Source: Eledone cirrhosa | Lineage: Eukaryota | NCBI GenBank assembly: GCA_964016885.1 | Contig: OZ024759.1 | Location: 28,210,001 to 28,274,000, forward strand | DNA: 64,000 nucleotides | Direction of reading: 5' to 3' | Shown here: piece by piece, positions 13,549 to 29,410 of the stretch | How positions within the stretch are numbered: position 1 is the stretch's first letter | Layout of the letters: each line of letters opens with the position of its first letter | Notes under the pieces: model-generated | Seen by the model: the letters and a program-made list of their open reading frames with translations, nothing else | Told to the model about the DNA's origin: nothing | Database searches by the model: none | Translations under genes and position numbers: made by a program

Positions 13549-13742
13549 GGCGGTGGATTGGCAGTATCGGTAGAGGGTCGGACGCCATGCTTTGACGCAT
13601 AGAGTTACGTCCCTTGCGATTCTGTGTTCAAATCCCGCCGAGGTTAACTTTGCCTTTCATCCGTACAAGGTCGATAAAATAAAGTACCAGTAATGCACTG
13701 GGTAATTGCTGGCCTTGTGCCAACAAGTAAAAACAATTATTG
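13549..13742 (+). mobile_element. Full-length family-1 tRNA-derived SINE (core resembles the MetaSINE domain and octopus SINEs)
   Basis: GCGGTGGATTGGCAGTATCGGTAGAG…GTTCAAATCCCGCCGAGGTTAACTTTGCCTTTCATCC…GTCGATAAAATAAAGTACCAG…GGCCTTGTGCC plus AT-rich tail. Confidence 0.85.
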
Positions 13743-13904
13743 ATCTTACCACCCACCTGAATCAAAATATAACCGAGCTTCAATGTGTAGAGAAAGAACG
13801 CCGCTCCTTAATGCATAAACCACAAATTATGGCGAAACCTGTAACCTTAATTCTTTTTAAAACATTCTTACGATTCAATATACTCAAGATTAAGAGAAAG
13901 AGAG

Positions 13905-13981
<77 letters not shown>

Positions 13982-14143
13982 TATATATATATATATATTA
14001 TATAGAAATATATTATATTATATATAAATATATATATATATTATATATATATATATATATATTATATAAATATATATATATATATATTATATATATAAAT
14101 ATATATATATATATTATATATATAAATATATATATATATCAAA

Positions 14144-14185
<42 letters not shown>

Positions 14186-14343
14186 AATATATATATATAT
14201 ATTATATATATAAATATATATATATATCAAATATATATTATATATATATATATTTATATATATACACACACACACATATATAAGCATTCATACACACATC
14301 TATCTCTCCTCTCCTTCTCTCTCTCCTCTCTCTCTCTCTCTCT

Positions 14344-14383
<40 letters not shown>

Positions 14384-14519
14384 TTTACAAAATTATTATT
14401 TAAAACATCACATTTCAGAAAAGTGGGAATAACATTAATTGCATAACACTGACACTAACGGCAGAAACTGAATAGTAATATAACTATTTCTCTGTATATA
14501 TATATATATATAATGTGTG

Positions 14520-14660
<141 letters not shown>

Positions 14661-14691
14661 ATATATATATATGTATATATATGTATATATA

Positions 14692-14750
<59 letters not shown>

Positions 14751-14917
14751 GTTTATAGGCAATAGAGTTTTTATCAAGTATTGAAGTCGCTACTCATTAT
14801 TTAGAACATGTTTATGATAGTCAGAAAATACGTGAAAGATGTTCTAAATTTTGATAATTTTATTGTATCACTTTTAAATATGCTTCTTTAATATATTGGT
14901 TTCCTTCTTTATATAAT

Positions 14918-15553
14918 GGTATAGTATGGTATAGTCTCGTAACTCCTGATAGAATCGTAGGGACGCCGTATTGGCATACGGTGTTTCTTGGGCATCTTAA
15001 GCCTGGTGGAGTCCACCCCTCGCCAGGCCTGAGTACAGCAGATTTCTTCTAGAGAAAGATACTAAGTGAGAGAGAGAGAGAGGAAATGAGGAAGAGATAT
15101 AGAGGATGTATCGACCCCAGTACTAAATTGATACCATTTTTATCGACCTCTTGCGGAAGAAAGGCAAAGTTGAATCCAGAGAGCCGGAACGAATACCATA
15201 AACCATTCTATCCGACATTGTAACGACTCTGCCAATTCTTTTCCTCGTTATTCATCTCGTAGGGACGCCATATTGACATACGGCGTTTCTTGGGCATTTT
15301 AAGCCTGATGGAGTCCATCCTTCTCCAGGCCTGACTACAGTAGATTTCTTCCAGAGAAAGCTAGAAAGTGAAAGAGAAAGGAAGTGAGAAAGAGATATAG
15401 AGGATATATCGACCCCAGTAATAGACTGGTACTATTTTTATCGACCTCGAAAGGGTGAAAGACAAAGTTGACCTCGACGAGAGAGAAGAGACTGCAACGA
15501 ATACCATAAACCATTCTATCTGACGTTCTAACGACTCTGCCAATTCGCCGCCG
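14918..15553 (-). mobile_element. Two tandem SINEs with family-1-like head/core and a different 3' tail
   Basis: 14955-15240 and 15257-15553 are direct repeats; the same structure occurs at 60408-60756. Confidence 0.65.
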
Positions 15554-16826
15554 ATCTTTATATATCCGAAGTAAATACAGTAAAATATTTCAAAGGAAGA
15601 TAGATGTTGGTAACACGTGAAATATTTTACAAAATTAATTCTCCGTAAAATAAAATAAAGTCGTTAAAATGACAATGGAAATAAATTGATAAGTTTATTA
15701 GTTAAATTAGATATTTAAAATTTAATAAAATGATATTAATATTGCTAATTACTAAATAAATTCTTTTATGAATAGTTGGATGGTTGAGAAAACAAAACAT
15801 ATATTGACGTTAATGTTGTTCTTTTCAATAATTTATACATGTAGTCTTTCACTATTTCCAGCGATAAAACTTAATTAAATAACAGAAAACTCACCATTTA
15901 TTTTCTTCCGTATTTCACGCTAATTAAAACTCATTATCTTTCTTAAGACATTCTCCAAACTTTAGTTTACTACAACGAAAAAAAAAAGTAAGATTAACTA
16001 CCTGAAGTAATTAGATGTGTAAATAATTAAACACACAGTAATTATTTAAATAGTTTTCTGCTCCAGTGTAAATTATTTCACTTTATGTCATTAATGTCCC
16101 TAGGAAATATGGAAACCAACTTTAAAACTGAATATTTCAATCTCCAATTTAAGGACTTCAAAAATATTTCTTTCTACTTTATAAAATAAAAACTAAGCTC
16201 AACCTTAGATAGAAGTGTCGATGTTGCCACTTGATCTGCTAGGAATAATAACTAAATGAAGGATACATTAAACTAAAATAGTCCTAGACACACCATGGCA
16301 GAGGAAAATACAAGAATATCATGGCTTTAACAACTACACAGTATTACACACTGCTGTACACCTTTATAAACGACTACACTACTAGACACTACAATATATG
16401 TCTACACACAGCTACACACAACTAGACACTAATATTGACACCTTTACATTGCTGTAATTTTGACAAACCTTGCAGGAACAAGGTGACAAATCAATTTACA
16501 CTGGGACGTGACGATTTTAGCTTTAAACCATAATTTATCTTTACTTATTGTAATCTGTCTTATATACATGTATAATAACATACACTTACACGCAATGATG
16601 CATAATGGGAACATTATATATATATGTGTGTACACATACATATATATATATATACACGCACACAAAACAAACATACACACACACATACACACATATATAT
16701 ATATATACATAAATATATATAAATATATATATATATACATAAATATATATAAATATATATATATATATATACATAAATATATATAAATAAATATATATAT
16801 ATATTTATATATTGACTCATATAGAT

Positions 16827-16862
<36 letters not shown>

Positions 16863-16899
16863 TATATATACATACATATATATATATACATATATATAT

Positions 16900-16976
<77 letters not shown>

Positions 16977-17019
16977 TATATATACACACACATATATATA
17001 TACATACATATATATATAT

Positions 17020-17052
<33 letters not shown>

Positions 17053-17303
17053 CATATATAATGCGAGATATTCGGCTGTATATGCACATAGATACTTCTA
17101 TAGATATTTGCATATAAGCACATATATTTTATGGCGTACATATAGATATTGCCATACCTAAGGTGTGATGTATTGAATGTTAACTACTGTTACTGGACGA
17201 ATAGAAGTAGTTGGTGTTGTAGACACGTTCTCTTCTCGTTAGGGTCATTATATATGTGTATATATGTGTATATATATGTGTGTATGTGTTAGGTAGTTTA
17301 TTA

Positions 17304-17388
<85 letters not shown>

Positions 17389-17401
17389 TATATATATACA
17401 C

Positions 17402-17434
<33 letters not shown>

Positions 17435-17759
17435 TACATATATGTATATATATATATATAAATACATATATATATACATATATATATATATGTATACATA
17501 TATACATATACATATATATATACATACATATATATATATATACATATATATATAGATATAGATATATACATATATATACATATACATCTATATATACATA
17601 TATATATATTATATATATATATGTATATATATATATTATATATATATATATATGTGTATATATATACATATACATATATACATATATATATATACATATA
17701 TATATACATATATATATACATATATATATATACATATATATATACATATATATATATAT

Positions 17760-17800
<41 letters not shown>

Positions 17801-17809
17801 TACATATAT

Positions 17810-17876
<67 letters not shown>

Positions 17877-18378
17877 CATACATATATATATATGTGTGAG
17901 AGAATCTGTATATCTCTATATATACGTGTGTGAGAGTCTGTCTACAAATGCTCTTCTGTATTTACCATATTCTGTTGTCCAATTATTACAGATATTATTA
18001 AATATTCTTTCTTTATTAAAATCTCTCTATCTACCCATCTGTCTTTCTTACTTTTTTCCTTACTTTTTCTTCTTTTTTTTTCTTTCGTTCTTTCCTTCTT
18101 TCTTCCATTTACTAAAATTTGTTTCCGTTTCCCCAACACATACTTGATGTAGATTACATTTGAAAAGCGCTGTGTCGTCAAAAAATCATAATGGCGTCTG
18201 AGGAACGTATTCCGGTTTGTTTACGACTATATACATTGTGAGTTCAAATCTCGCCGAAGGAGGTTTTTGTTTTTGTTTTTGGTTTTTCTTCAAGTGTTGA
18301 TAATATAATTACTATTACTGAACTACTGAGGTGTATGTAGTGGATGTATGAACCTAAAACGTTGTGTATATATATATA

Positions 18379-18483
<105 letters not shown>

Positions 18484-18646
18484 TCGTATGTATGTTTGTA
18501 TATATATAATATATATATATAATACATATATAATATATATATGTGTGTGGGTGTGTGTGTATACATATATATGTGTGTTTGTGTATATATATATGAATAT
18601 ATATATATATGTATGTATATATATATATATATATGTGTGTGTGTAT

Positions 18647-18700
<54 letters not shown>

Positions 18701-18770
18701 TCGTATGTATGTTTGTATATATATATATGATATATATATGTGTGTGTGTGTATACATATATATGTGTTTT

Positions 18771-18825
<55 letters not shown>

Positions 18826-18826
18826 T

Positions 18827-18880
<54 letters not shown>

Positions 18881-19003
18881 TACTATCTATCTATCTATCT
18901 CTATCTATCTATCTATCTATCTCTCTGTATACAAATACATAAACACACATATATACACATACACACATACATTCATTCATACATACATACATACATACAT
19001 ACA

Positions 19004-19035
<32 letters not shown>

Positions 19036-19310
19036 GAGAGAGAGACTGAGAGAGACAGATGTGAGAGAGAGTTAGGGAGTTAGAGAGGTGTGTTTGTGAG
19101 AGAGGGGGAGAGAGAAGTGTGTGTTTGTGAGAGAGAGAGAGAGAGAGAGAGAGAGCTAAGTTATATTTACTTAATGGTTGTCTACCCATGATTAACTTTC
19201 CATATATATTTAATAACAGAGAGAAGTTCTACCACAGTGAACGGGGACCAGTCTGCGTTCGATAACAACTACAAGTTAATAGCAATAACAACCACCACCA
19301 CCACCACCAT

Positions 19311-19389
<79 letters not shown>

Positions 19390-19394
19390 TAATA

Positions 19395-19580
19395 ATAATT
19401 GTTTCTACGTTAGGCACAAGGCCAGCAAATACCCAGTGTATTACTGGTACTTTATTTTATCGGCCCCGTAAGGATGAAAGGCAAAGTCAACCTCGGCGGG
19501 ATTTGAACTCAGATCGTAAAGGGACGTAACTATGCTGGAAAGCATGGCGTCCGACCCTCCACTGATACTGCCAATCCACA
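19395..19580 (-). mobile_element. Family-1 SINE
   Basis: Near-identical to 2087-2272. Confidence 0.85.
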
Positions 19581-19590
19581 ATAATAATAA

Positions 19591-19639
<49 letters not shown>

Positions 19640-19724
19640 TGTTGTTGTAACAGCTACAACAGCAAACACAACACATCTACATCATAATAATACTAATAGC
19701 AACAAGAGCAACAACAGCCATACT

Positions 19725-20500
19725 ATTGATGGTGATGATGATGGTGATGATAGTGGTGGCGGTGGTGAATGTTGATGATGATGATGGTGGTGGTGGTGGT
19801 GGTGGTGGTGAGGATGGTAGTGTTGGTTGTGATGGTAATGATACTGATGAACATGATGACGACGATGATGATGATGATGGAGGAGGGCTTGATGGCGGTG
19901 GTGGAGGTGATAGTGATTATGATAATGATGATTCTAATGAAATGATGATGATGATGATGATGTAATGGGTGGTGGTGGTGGTGATTATGATAATGATGAT
20001 TCTGATGAAATGATGATGATGATGATAATGGAATGGGTGGTGGTGGTGCTGGTGGGGGTGATTATGATAATGATGATTCTAATGAAATGATGATGATGAT
20101 GTAATGGGTGGTGGTGGTGGTGGTGGTGGTGGTGGTGGTGGTGATTATGATAATGATGATTCTAATGAAATGATGATGATGATGATGATGTAATGGGTGG
20201 TGGTGGTGGTGATTATGATAATGATGATTCTAATGAAATGATGATGATGATGATGATGATGTAATGGGTGGTGGTGGTGGTGATTATGATAATGATGATT
20301 CTGATGAAATGAGGATGATGATGATGTAATGGGTGGTGGTGGTGGTGGTGGTGATTATGATAATGATGATTCTAATGAAATGATGATGATGATGATGATG
20401 GAATGGGTGGTGGTGGTGGTGATAGTGATTATGATAATGATGATTCTGATGAAATGATGATGATGATGGTCGGGTGGTGGTGTTGATGGTGGTGGTACTG
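19725..20500. repeat. Compound (GAT)/(GGT) repeat with ~60-70-bp higher-order unit
   Basis: GTGATTATGATAATGATGATTCTAATGAAATGATG… repeated ~9 times. Confidence 0.9.
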
Positions 20501-20756
20501 GATGTGGCTGTTTGTTTTTAAAGGAACTAGTGAGCCGTTGTAAAATTTGATGCGATACTAATAACAGCGGAGAGTTTGTCGAGTCGTTGCGAAAATTCGA
20601 TCTTTGAACAATAATAGTAATATGTCTGACGGGCAGTCCTCCGTTAAATTGAAACCCGGTGGTTATATACAGATACTAACTCAATGTTATCCTCGTATGG
20701 GTATCTGAAGCAGACTTAGACGTCATAACGGACAGCCATATATTATATATATGTCC

Positions 20757-20789
<33 letters not shown>

Positions 20790-20918
20790 TGTATGTATGT
20801 ATGTATGTGTGTATGTGCATATATATATATATACATATATATACAAATTATAATATGCCCAGATATGTATGTGTGTGTATATATGTGCATATATATATAT
20901 ATATATACATATATAATA

Positions 20919-20968
<50 letters not shown>

Positions 20969-21017
20969 TATACAAATTATAATATGCCCAGATATGTATG
21001 TGCCTGTATATATGTGC

Positions 21018-21049
<32 letters not shown>

Positions 21050-21052
21050 GCA

Positions 21053-21085
<33 letters not shown>

Positions 21086-21090
21086 GTGCA

Positions 21091-21168
<78 letters not shown>

Positions 21169-21175
<7 letters not shown>

Positions 21176-21509
21176 GTGAGGTTTTTTTTACAAAATGAAA
21201 AATAACCGAGGTGTCCTACACGAGTGAAAGTATAAAGAAAAAGAGATGAAATCGAAAATGCAACTGGAGTCTTATTTTTTTTTAATATATATATATTTAT
21301 TTGGTTCCTTTACCGGTTTCGCAGTTCTCCTGCTTTTCAAAAGGTGAGTTTTCTCACATCTGTGAGATGTGAGAAAAACCACAGACCCTCCATCTCAACT
21401 CACCTTTTGAAAAGCAGAAGAACTGCGAAACCGGTAAAGGAACCAAATAAATATATATATTTTTTTTAAAAATAAGACTCCAGTTGCATTTTCGATTTCA
21501 TCTCTTTTT

Positions 21510-21515
<6 letters not shown>
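21169..21515. mobile_element. Second family-A fold-back insert; HHR motifs at 21403-21440 (+) and 21307-21344 (-)
   Basis: Same left end as 2652 but a different fold-back junction. Confidence 0.8.
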
Positions 21516-21564
<49 letters not shown>

Positions 21565-21599
21565 TATACAAATTATTCCCTGTAATTGTTTGATATGTT

Positions 21600-21640
<41 letters not shown>

Positions 21641-21652
21641 TATGTCATTTGA

Positions 21653-21709
<57 letters not shown>

Positions 21710-21994
21710 AAAGAGAAATGTAAGTAGACTCACAACATACATACATATTCATTGGTTGACTAAAAATTGTACAATGTTTTACAAAACAACATATCTTTAC
21801 TTCATCAAAATATATTATTAAATCTTCGGCTTCTTAATACTTTTCCTCTTCAGTGTATGTGGCAGTCTTTTGTCTCCTGTCTCTGTTATAGTCTCTTCTC
21901 CTTTCTTATAATAATAAATAATGAAATGATTAAATATCGTTGATATCATTGAATAAAAGACATCATTGTGTTTATCGCTTTCCTTGTCCCCATA

Positions 21995-23420
21995 CACCAC
22001 CACCACAACACTACCACAACAACACCACCACAACCACAACACTATCACCACGACTACAAAACCACCACCACCATACTACCACCACGACAACAACACCACA
22101 ACGCTACCACCACCACCACCACAACACCACCACAACACCACCACCACCACAACACTACAGCATCACCACAACCACCACCACAACAACACTACCACCACAA
22201 CACTACCACCACAGCACCACACCACCACAACACCATCACCACAACAACACTACCACCACTACCACCACCACCACGACAACAACACCACAACGCCACAACA
22301 CTACCACCACCACCACAACACTACCACCACAGCACCACACCACCACAACACTATCACCACAACAACACTACCACCACCACGACAACAACACCACAACGCC
22401 ACAACACTACCACCACCACCACAACACTACCACCACAGCACCACACCACCACAACACTACCACCACAGCACCACACCACCACAACACCACCACCACAACA
22501 ACACTACCACCACAACACTACCACCACAGCACCACACCACCACAACACCATCACCTCAACAACACTACCACCACCATCACCACGACAACAACACCACAAC
22601 GCCACAAGACTACCACCACCACCACAACACCACCACCACCACAACACTACCACCACAACACTACCACCACAGCACCACACCACCACAACACCATCACCTC
22701 AACAACACTACCACCACCATCACCACGACAACAACACCACAACGCCACAAGACTACCACCACCACCACAACAATACCACCACCACCACCACAACACTACC
22801 ACCACCACAACAACACTACCACCACAGCACCACACCACCACAACACCATCACCACCACCACCACCACCACAACACTACCACCACCACAACAACACTACCA
22901 CCACAGCACCACACCACCACAACACCATCACCACCACCACCACCACAACAACACTACCACCACCACAACAACACTACCACCACAGCACCACACCACCACA
23001 ACACCACCACCACAACAACACTACCACCACAACACTACCACCACAGCACCACACCACCACAACACCATCACCACAACAACACTACCACCACCACCACCAC
23101 CACAACACTACCACCACCACCACCACAACACTACCACCACCACAACAACACTACCACCACCACAACAACACTACCACCACAGCACCACCACCACCACCAC
23201 CACAACACTACCACCACCACAACAACACTACCACCACAGCACCACACCACCACAACACCATCACCACAACAACACTACCACCACCATCACCACGACAACA
23301 ACACCACAACACTACCACCACCACCACAACACTACCACCACCACCACCACGACAACACTACCACCACCACCACAACACTACCACCACCACAACACTACCA
23401 CCACCACCACCACCACTACC
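21995..23420. repeat. Degenerate (CAC/CAA/CTA) compound repeat
   Basis: Low-complexity tract open in all three + frames. Confidence 0.9.
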
Positions 23421-24354
23421 CAAACAATAATTTGTTATTCATTTCATTAACAATGTTTCAGTTTTAGTTAATGAAAGCTGTAATTGAATAATGTCTAATG
23501 ACAACAATTAGAAAGGGTAAACATAGCAGCTTGTTGTTGTTGGTGTTGTTGTTGTTACAGTTGGTGTTGTTACTGTTGTTGTTGTTGTTACAGTTGTTGT
23601 TGTTATTGTTGTGGTTACTGTTGTGGTTACTGTTGTTGTTACTGTTGTTTTGGTGGTGTTGTTACTGTTGTTGTTGTTACTGTCGTTGTTGATATTGTTG
23701 TTGATATTGTTACTGTTGTTGATATTGTTACTGTTGTTAATACTGTTGTTACTGCTGTTGTTGGTATTGTCAATACTGTTGTTACTGCTGTTGTTGATGC
23801 TGTTGGTGGTATTGTTACTGTTGTTGTTGTTGTTATAGTTGTTGGTGATGTTACCGTTGTTGTTACTGCTGCTGTTGTTGGTGGTGTTGTTAAGATTGAT
23901 GTTGTTGTTAGACATGGAGTGTTGGTTAAGGACAAATCAGACAAACAACAACAACAACAACAGTACCAACAGTTACAGTAACAACAACAACGGTAAAACA
24001 GTTACAGTAACAACAGCAGTAACAATAACAACAACAACAACAACAACAACAACAGTACCAACAACAGCAGTAATAACAGCAATACCAGCAGTAACAATAG
24101 TACGTACACCAACAACAGTAACAACAACAACAACAACAACAGTAACAACAACAGTAACAACAACAGTACCAACAATAGCTCTTCACTAATTGACCAGAGA
24201 ATTAGTCAGTATTGTTTTATTAACATTTACTTCGTTTCCTTCAACAATAATTTGATTGATATTTCCTATTAATTAACCTAAATAGCCAGCAATATATTTT
24301 AATAGTGATTACATTAGTGGAATTTCAGGTGAATAATTTCGGATTCGGTAGAGG

Positions 24355-25550
24355 AGGCAAGTGGCCTAGTGGTTAAGGTGTTGGATTTATGATCATAATG
24401 GCGTGGATTCGATTCCTAGACTGGCTTGTGTGTTGTGTTCTTGAGCAACACACTTCATCTCATGTTGGTCCAGTGGTTAAGGTGTTGGATTTATGATCAT
24501 AATGGCGTGGGTTCGATTCCTAGACTGGCTTGTGTGTTGTGTTCTTGAGCAACACACTTCATCTCATGTTGGTCCAGTGGTTAGGATGTTGGATTTATGA
24601 TCATAATGGCGTGGATTCGATTCCTAGACTGCCTTGTGTGTTGTGTTCTTGAGCAACACACTTCATCTCACGTTGCTCCAGTACACTCAGCTGGGAAAAT
24701 GGGTACCTGCAGTAGTTGGGGGTTTAACCCTGCATTGCACTGGCTTATTTTCGGACGCTCTACCGATACTGCCAATCAACCGCCATTCTAACAATGATTT
24801 CTAATATAGGCACAAAGCTGAACATTTGGGAGGGAGGTGAAAGTCGATGAAATTGACCCCAGCGTGTTACTGGGACTTTATTTATATTGATCTCGTGAAG
24901 GATGTAAGATAAAGTTGACCACGGATGGATTTGAACTCAGAACGCAAAGGGCTGTAACTCTATGCCACAAAGCATGCTGTCCGACGTTCTACTGATACTG
25001 CCAATTCACCGCCCTCAATAATAGTAATAATAATGTTTCTACTTTTGGCACAAGGCCAGTAATTACCCCCAGTGCATTACTGGTACTTTATTTGTCGACC
25101 CCGTAAGGATGGAAGGCAAAGTTAACCTGGCGGGATTTGAACTCAGAACGTAAAGGAGTATAACTCTATGGAGCAAAGCATGGTGTCTGACGCTCTACCG
25201 ATATTGCCAAACCACAGCCCTCAGTAAAAATTGTTTCTACTTTTTGCACAAGGCCAACAATTACCCCAGTACGTTACTGGTACTTTATTTTATCGACCCC
25301 GTAAGGAAGAAAGGCAAAGTTAACCTCGGCGGGATTAATAATAGTTGTTTTTACCTTTGGCACAAGGCCAGCAATTTGAAGGGGAGGGGAAAGTCGATTA
25401 AATCCACCCCAGTGCATTACTGGTACTTTATTTTATCGACCTCGTAAGGATGAAAGGCAAAACTAATCTCGTTGGGATTTGAACTCATAATGTAAAGAGC
25501 TGCAACTCTATGCCACAAAGCATATTGTCTGACGCTCTACCGATACTGTT
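24355..25550. mobile_element. SINE cluster: three tandem family-2 heads (24355-24720, +) followed by 4-5 family-1 copies (-)
   Basis: ~105-bp unit AGTGGTTAAGGTGTTGGATTTATGATCATAATGG…GTTCTTGAGCAACACACTT x3, then repeated family-1 motifs. Confidence 0.8.
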
Positions 25551-25974
25551 ACAATACTAAAAATAACAATAACAGCATGAGATTATCGTTTTTAATTTAC
25601 CCCCTTCATTTGAATAATATAGAGGTTATTCCTTTGACTATACAGAACTATGTGTGTGTGGCTTGAATACCAATAATATAACTGAATATATTCTTATTGA
25701 AGACAATAGATTCGTCTAAGACATGGAAACTAACAGACTTGTGTTAGCATATTGCTTTCTACTTCTATTGCCTTCCATATCCTATATTTCCATAGGTTTC
25801 TACTAAAAGACAACAAAGGAGAGAAAGACTTCAAAGTGATGAGCATTTTCATCTACAATTATTTCCTTTAGGTGGTTATATGCGTAGAGAAGAGGAATAG
25901 TGCTCAAAGCGTCTCTTGTTTTACACTTATACATATACATACACACACATATATGTATATACATGTGTGTGTAC

Positions 25975-26010
<36 letters not shown>

Positions 26011-26065
26011 TTATATATATATATATAGTAATAATAATAAATTTGAAGACTAAAATCCAAAGAGG

Positions 26066-26173
<108 letters not shown>

Positions 26174-26210
26174 TTAAATAAAAAAGAAAATTTCGCTCTA
26201 CATGGCTGAA

Positions 26211-27011
26211 TACAATAAATGTAATCTGAGTTTTTCGAATATTAATAATAACATTCGATTCGTTTGCAATTATGCAAACAAGCCTCAATTTTATAGCCAT
26301 GTCAGTAGAATGAACACTTCATTCTTGCTCTTGTGTTGGCATGCGAACAGAACTGCAGACACTAATGTTTCTGGATATCACCCTTCATCAGTACAGCTCA
26401 CTGTTCACCTGCCAAACTGTCAGAGCTAGTGAAAATATGTGCTATTTTCAAAAATACACAGTGACTGATCGGCCTGATTTGCATATTAGCAGACTGGCTG
26501 ATCAGTGAGATCTGCATATTAGCAGACCCACTGATCAGTGAGATCTGCATATTAGCAGACTGGCTGATCAGTGAGATCTGCATATTAGCAGATCCACTGA
26601 TCAGTGAGATCTGCATATTAGCAGACTGGCTGATCAGTGAGATCTGCATATTAGCAGACTGGCTGATCAGTGAGATCTGCATATTAGTAGACCCACTGAT
26701 CAGCCAACACAAGAGCAAGAATGAAGGGTTCATTCTACTGACATGGCTATAAAATTGAGGCTTGTTTCCATAATTGCAAACGGATCGAATGTTGGATTGG
26801 CAGTTTCGGTAGAGGGTTGTACGCCATGCTTTGACGCATAGAGTTACGGCCCTTGCCATTCTGAGTTCAAATCCCACCGAGGCTAACTTTGCCTTTCATC
26901 ATTATGGGGTCGATAAAATAAAGTACCAGTAATGTACTGAGTATTTGCTGGCCTTGTGCCAAAACTAGAAACAATTATTAATATTCGAAAAACTCAGTTT
27001 ACATTTATTAT
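26211..27011. mobile_element. Fold-back insert, family G (arms ~26211-26340 / 26703-27011), with internal 33-bp minisatellite and a later SINE (26794-26978) in the right arm
   Basis: Arms are reverse complementary once the SINE is removed. GATCAGTGAGATCTGCATATTAGCAGACTGGCT x~7 at 26465-26703. Confidence 0.75.
26350..26399 (-). ncRNA. Hammerhead ribozyme (family G)
   Basis: Minus strand: GAGCTGTA-CTGATGA-aGGG(tgata)TCCa-GAAA-CATTAGTG-TC-TGCAGTTC. 8-bp stem I with G-U pairs, GUC triplet. Confidence 0.85.
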
Positions 27012-27292
27012 ATATATTTATATGTATATAAATATATATATATGTATATATATTTATATGTATATAAATATATATATATGTACATATTTATATGTATTTA
27101 TAAATATATATATATAGTATATATATATATATATATATAATATATATATACATACATACACACACACATATATATAAATTATTTACACATTTTGTTCTGT
27201 ATAGTAATTTCATCTTAATCCTCCATTTTCCCATTCTATCCCATTACGTTCATATATTACCGCAACGTGTGATAATATATATATGCGTTATA

Positions 27293-27351
<59 letters not shown>

Positions 27352-27352
27352 G

Positions 27353-27384
<32 letters not shown>

Positions 27385-27525
27385 CCGAACACGCCCCCTC
27401 CCTTTTGAGGACTTTTTATTATTATATTATTATTGTTATTCCTTTTTCTTTACTCGATTTATGTAAACTCCCCCACTGTGTATTTGTCCCCTTCTTTTGT
27501 GCCCTCGTGGCAAATAAATAGAAAT

Positions 27526-27559
<34 letters not shown>

Positions 27560-27560
27560 G

Positions 27561-27643
<83 letters not shown>

Positions 27644-27715
27644 CTCTCTCTCAAGAGCGTGAAATTAATAAAGCTTTGTTTGTACTGCCTCTCTGTTTTG
27701 TTCCCGTTCCATTTT

Positions 27716-27754
<39 letters not shown>

Positions 27755-28233
27755 TTCTTTTATCTACTGTTTTTAACATATATTCCTTGTGAAAACATTT
27801 TGGTAATAATACCTTGTTCTTTGCCTTCTATTAATTCTTTAACACATTATCTTTGATAAATGATCATATAGTTCTAAAGGTTATCCACAATACAATGTCG
27901 GTATCCATTTGAAGAAAAACCCTTACATGATTGGTTTACGTGTTACGTGTGGAAGGGGGACATGTGTTATCAAATTATTTAAATTCTTCAGCGTTCGGAT
28001 ACTTCGTTAATATGTTTGACTGAATATATTACTTCGACATCAACATCAACATCAACACACCCTCGACACTAATGAGAATTGAAATATAGACATATATATA
28101 TATGTATATATTTATGTATGTATGTATGTATGTATGTATGTATATATATATGCATATGTATGTATGTGTGTATGTATATATATATATATGCATATGTATG
28201 TATGATTGTATGTATATATATATATATGTATAC

Positions 28234-28267
<34 letters not shown>

Positions 28268-28496
28268 GTGTGTGTGTGTATGTATACACATATATATATG
28301 TATATATATATATATATGTATGTATATATATATATATATATATATTCCTGTACATTATACAGCTTAATTGCAAATTAGATACATATTCTCATTTTACGAG
28401 AAATGCATTAGCACGTTCAGATAAGTGCAACTATATATATATCTGTGTGTGTGGAGAGAGAGAGGAGAGAGAGAGGAGAGAGAGGAGAGAGAGAGA

Positions 28497-28558
<62 letters not shown>

Positions 28559-29074
28559 TTTCTGAGAAATAGCAGAAAAAGATCGCAAAATTGCGAAAAA
28601 TATATAAAATTTTATAAAGGTTATATGCGAGAAATGATTTATATATATTGCATGCAATAGAATTGTATATATATATGTATATATATGTATATATGTATAT
28701 ATACATATGTAAATATATATATATTTATGTGTGTGTGTGTGTTCAATATATATGTTTGTATATTTATATATATGTTTATATATATATATATATATATATA
28801 TATGCATTATATATATTGTATATATATATATACATATATATATATTGTATATATACATATATAGTTATATATTTATTTATATATATAGATACATATATAT
28901 ATATATTGTGTATGTATACGTACAAACATATATGTATACAGACATAGAGTAGTATTTATATACATACATACATCCACACACATATATATATATATGTAAA
29001 TGTTCGGTAAACACATACGTATGTGTTTACCGAACATTTATTATAATGCTCGCTTTATTTCTAAACAATTGCAT

Positions 29075-29410
29075 ATACATACTGATGTACGTCTGTATAC
29101 ATATATGTATATACATACTACTGTACGTCTGTATACATATATGTATATACATACTACTGTACGTTTGTATACATATATGTATATACATACTACTGTACGT
29201 CTGTATACATATATGTATGTACATACTACTGTACGTCTGTATACATATATGTATGTAAATACTACTGAACGTCTGTATACATATATGTATGTACATACTA
29301 CTGTACGTCTGTATAAATATATGTATGTACATACTACTGTACGTCTGTATACATATATGTATGTACATACTACTGTACGTCTGTATACATATATGTATGT
29401 ACGTATACAT
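29075..29410. repeat. 36-bp minisatellite (~9 copies) inside a family-D element
   Basis: ACTGTACGTCTGTATACATATATGTATGTACATACT units; flanks match 4850-5020 and 5280-5400. Confidence 0.85.

Noticed and set aside
21940-23467. ~500-aa Thr/Pro/His-rich ORFs (mucin- or extensin-like)
   Set aside because: All three frames are open because the C/A-rich repeat lacks stops; there is no frame preference or evident gene structure.
26465-26703. CRISPR-like regular repeats (also 29075-29410, 38740-39430, 55508-56130)
   Set aside because: Head-to-tail units with no unique spacers, no cas genes, and a eukaryotic context.
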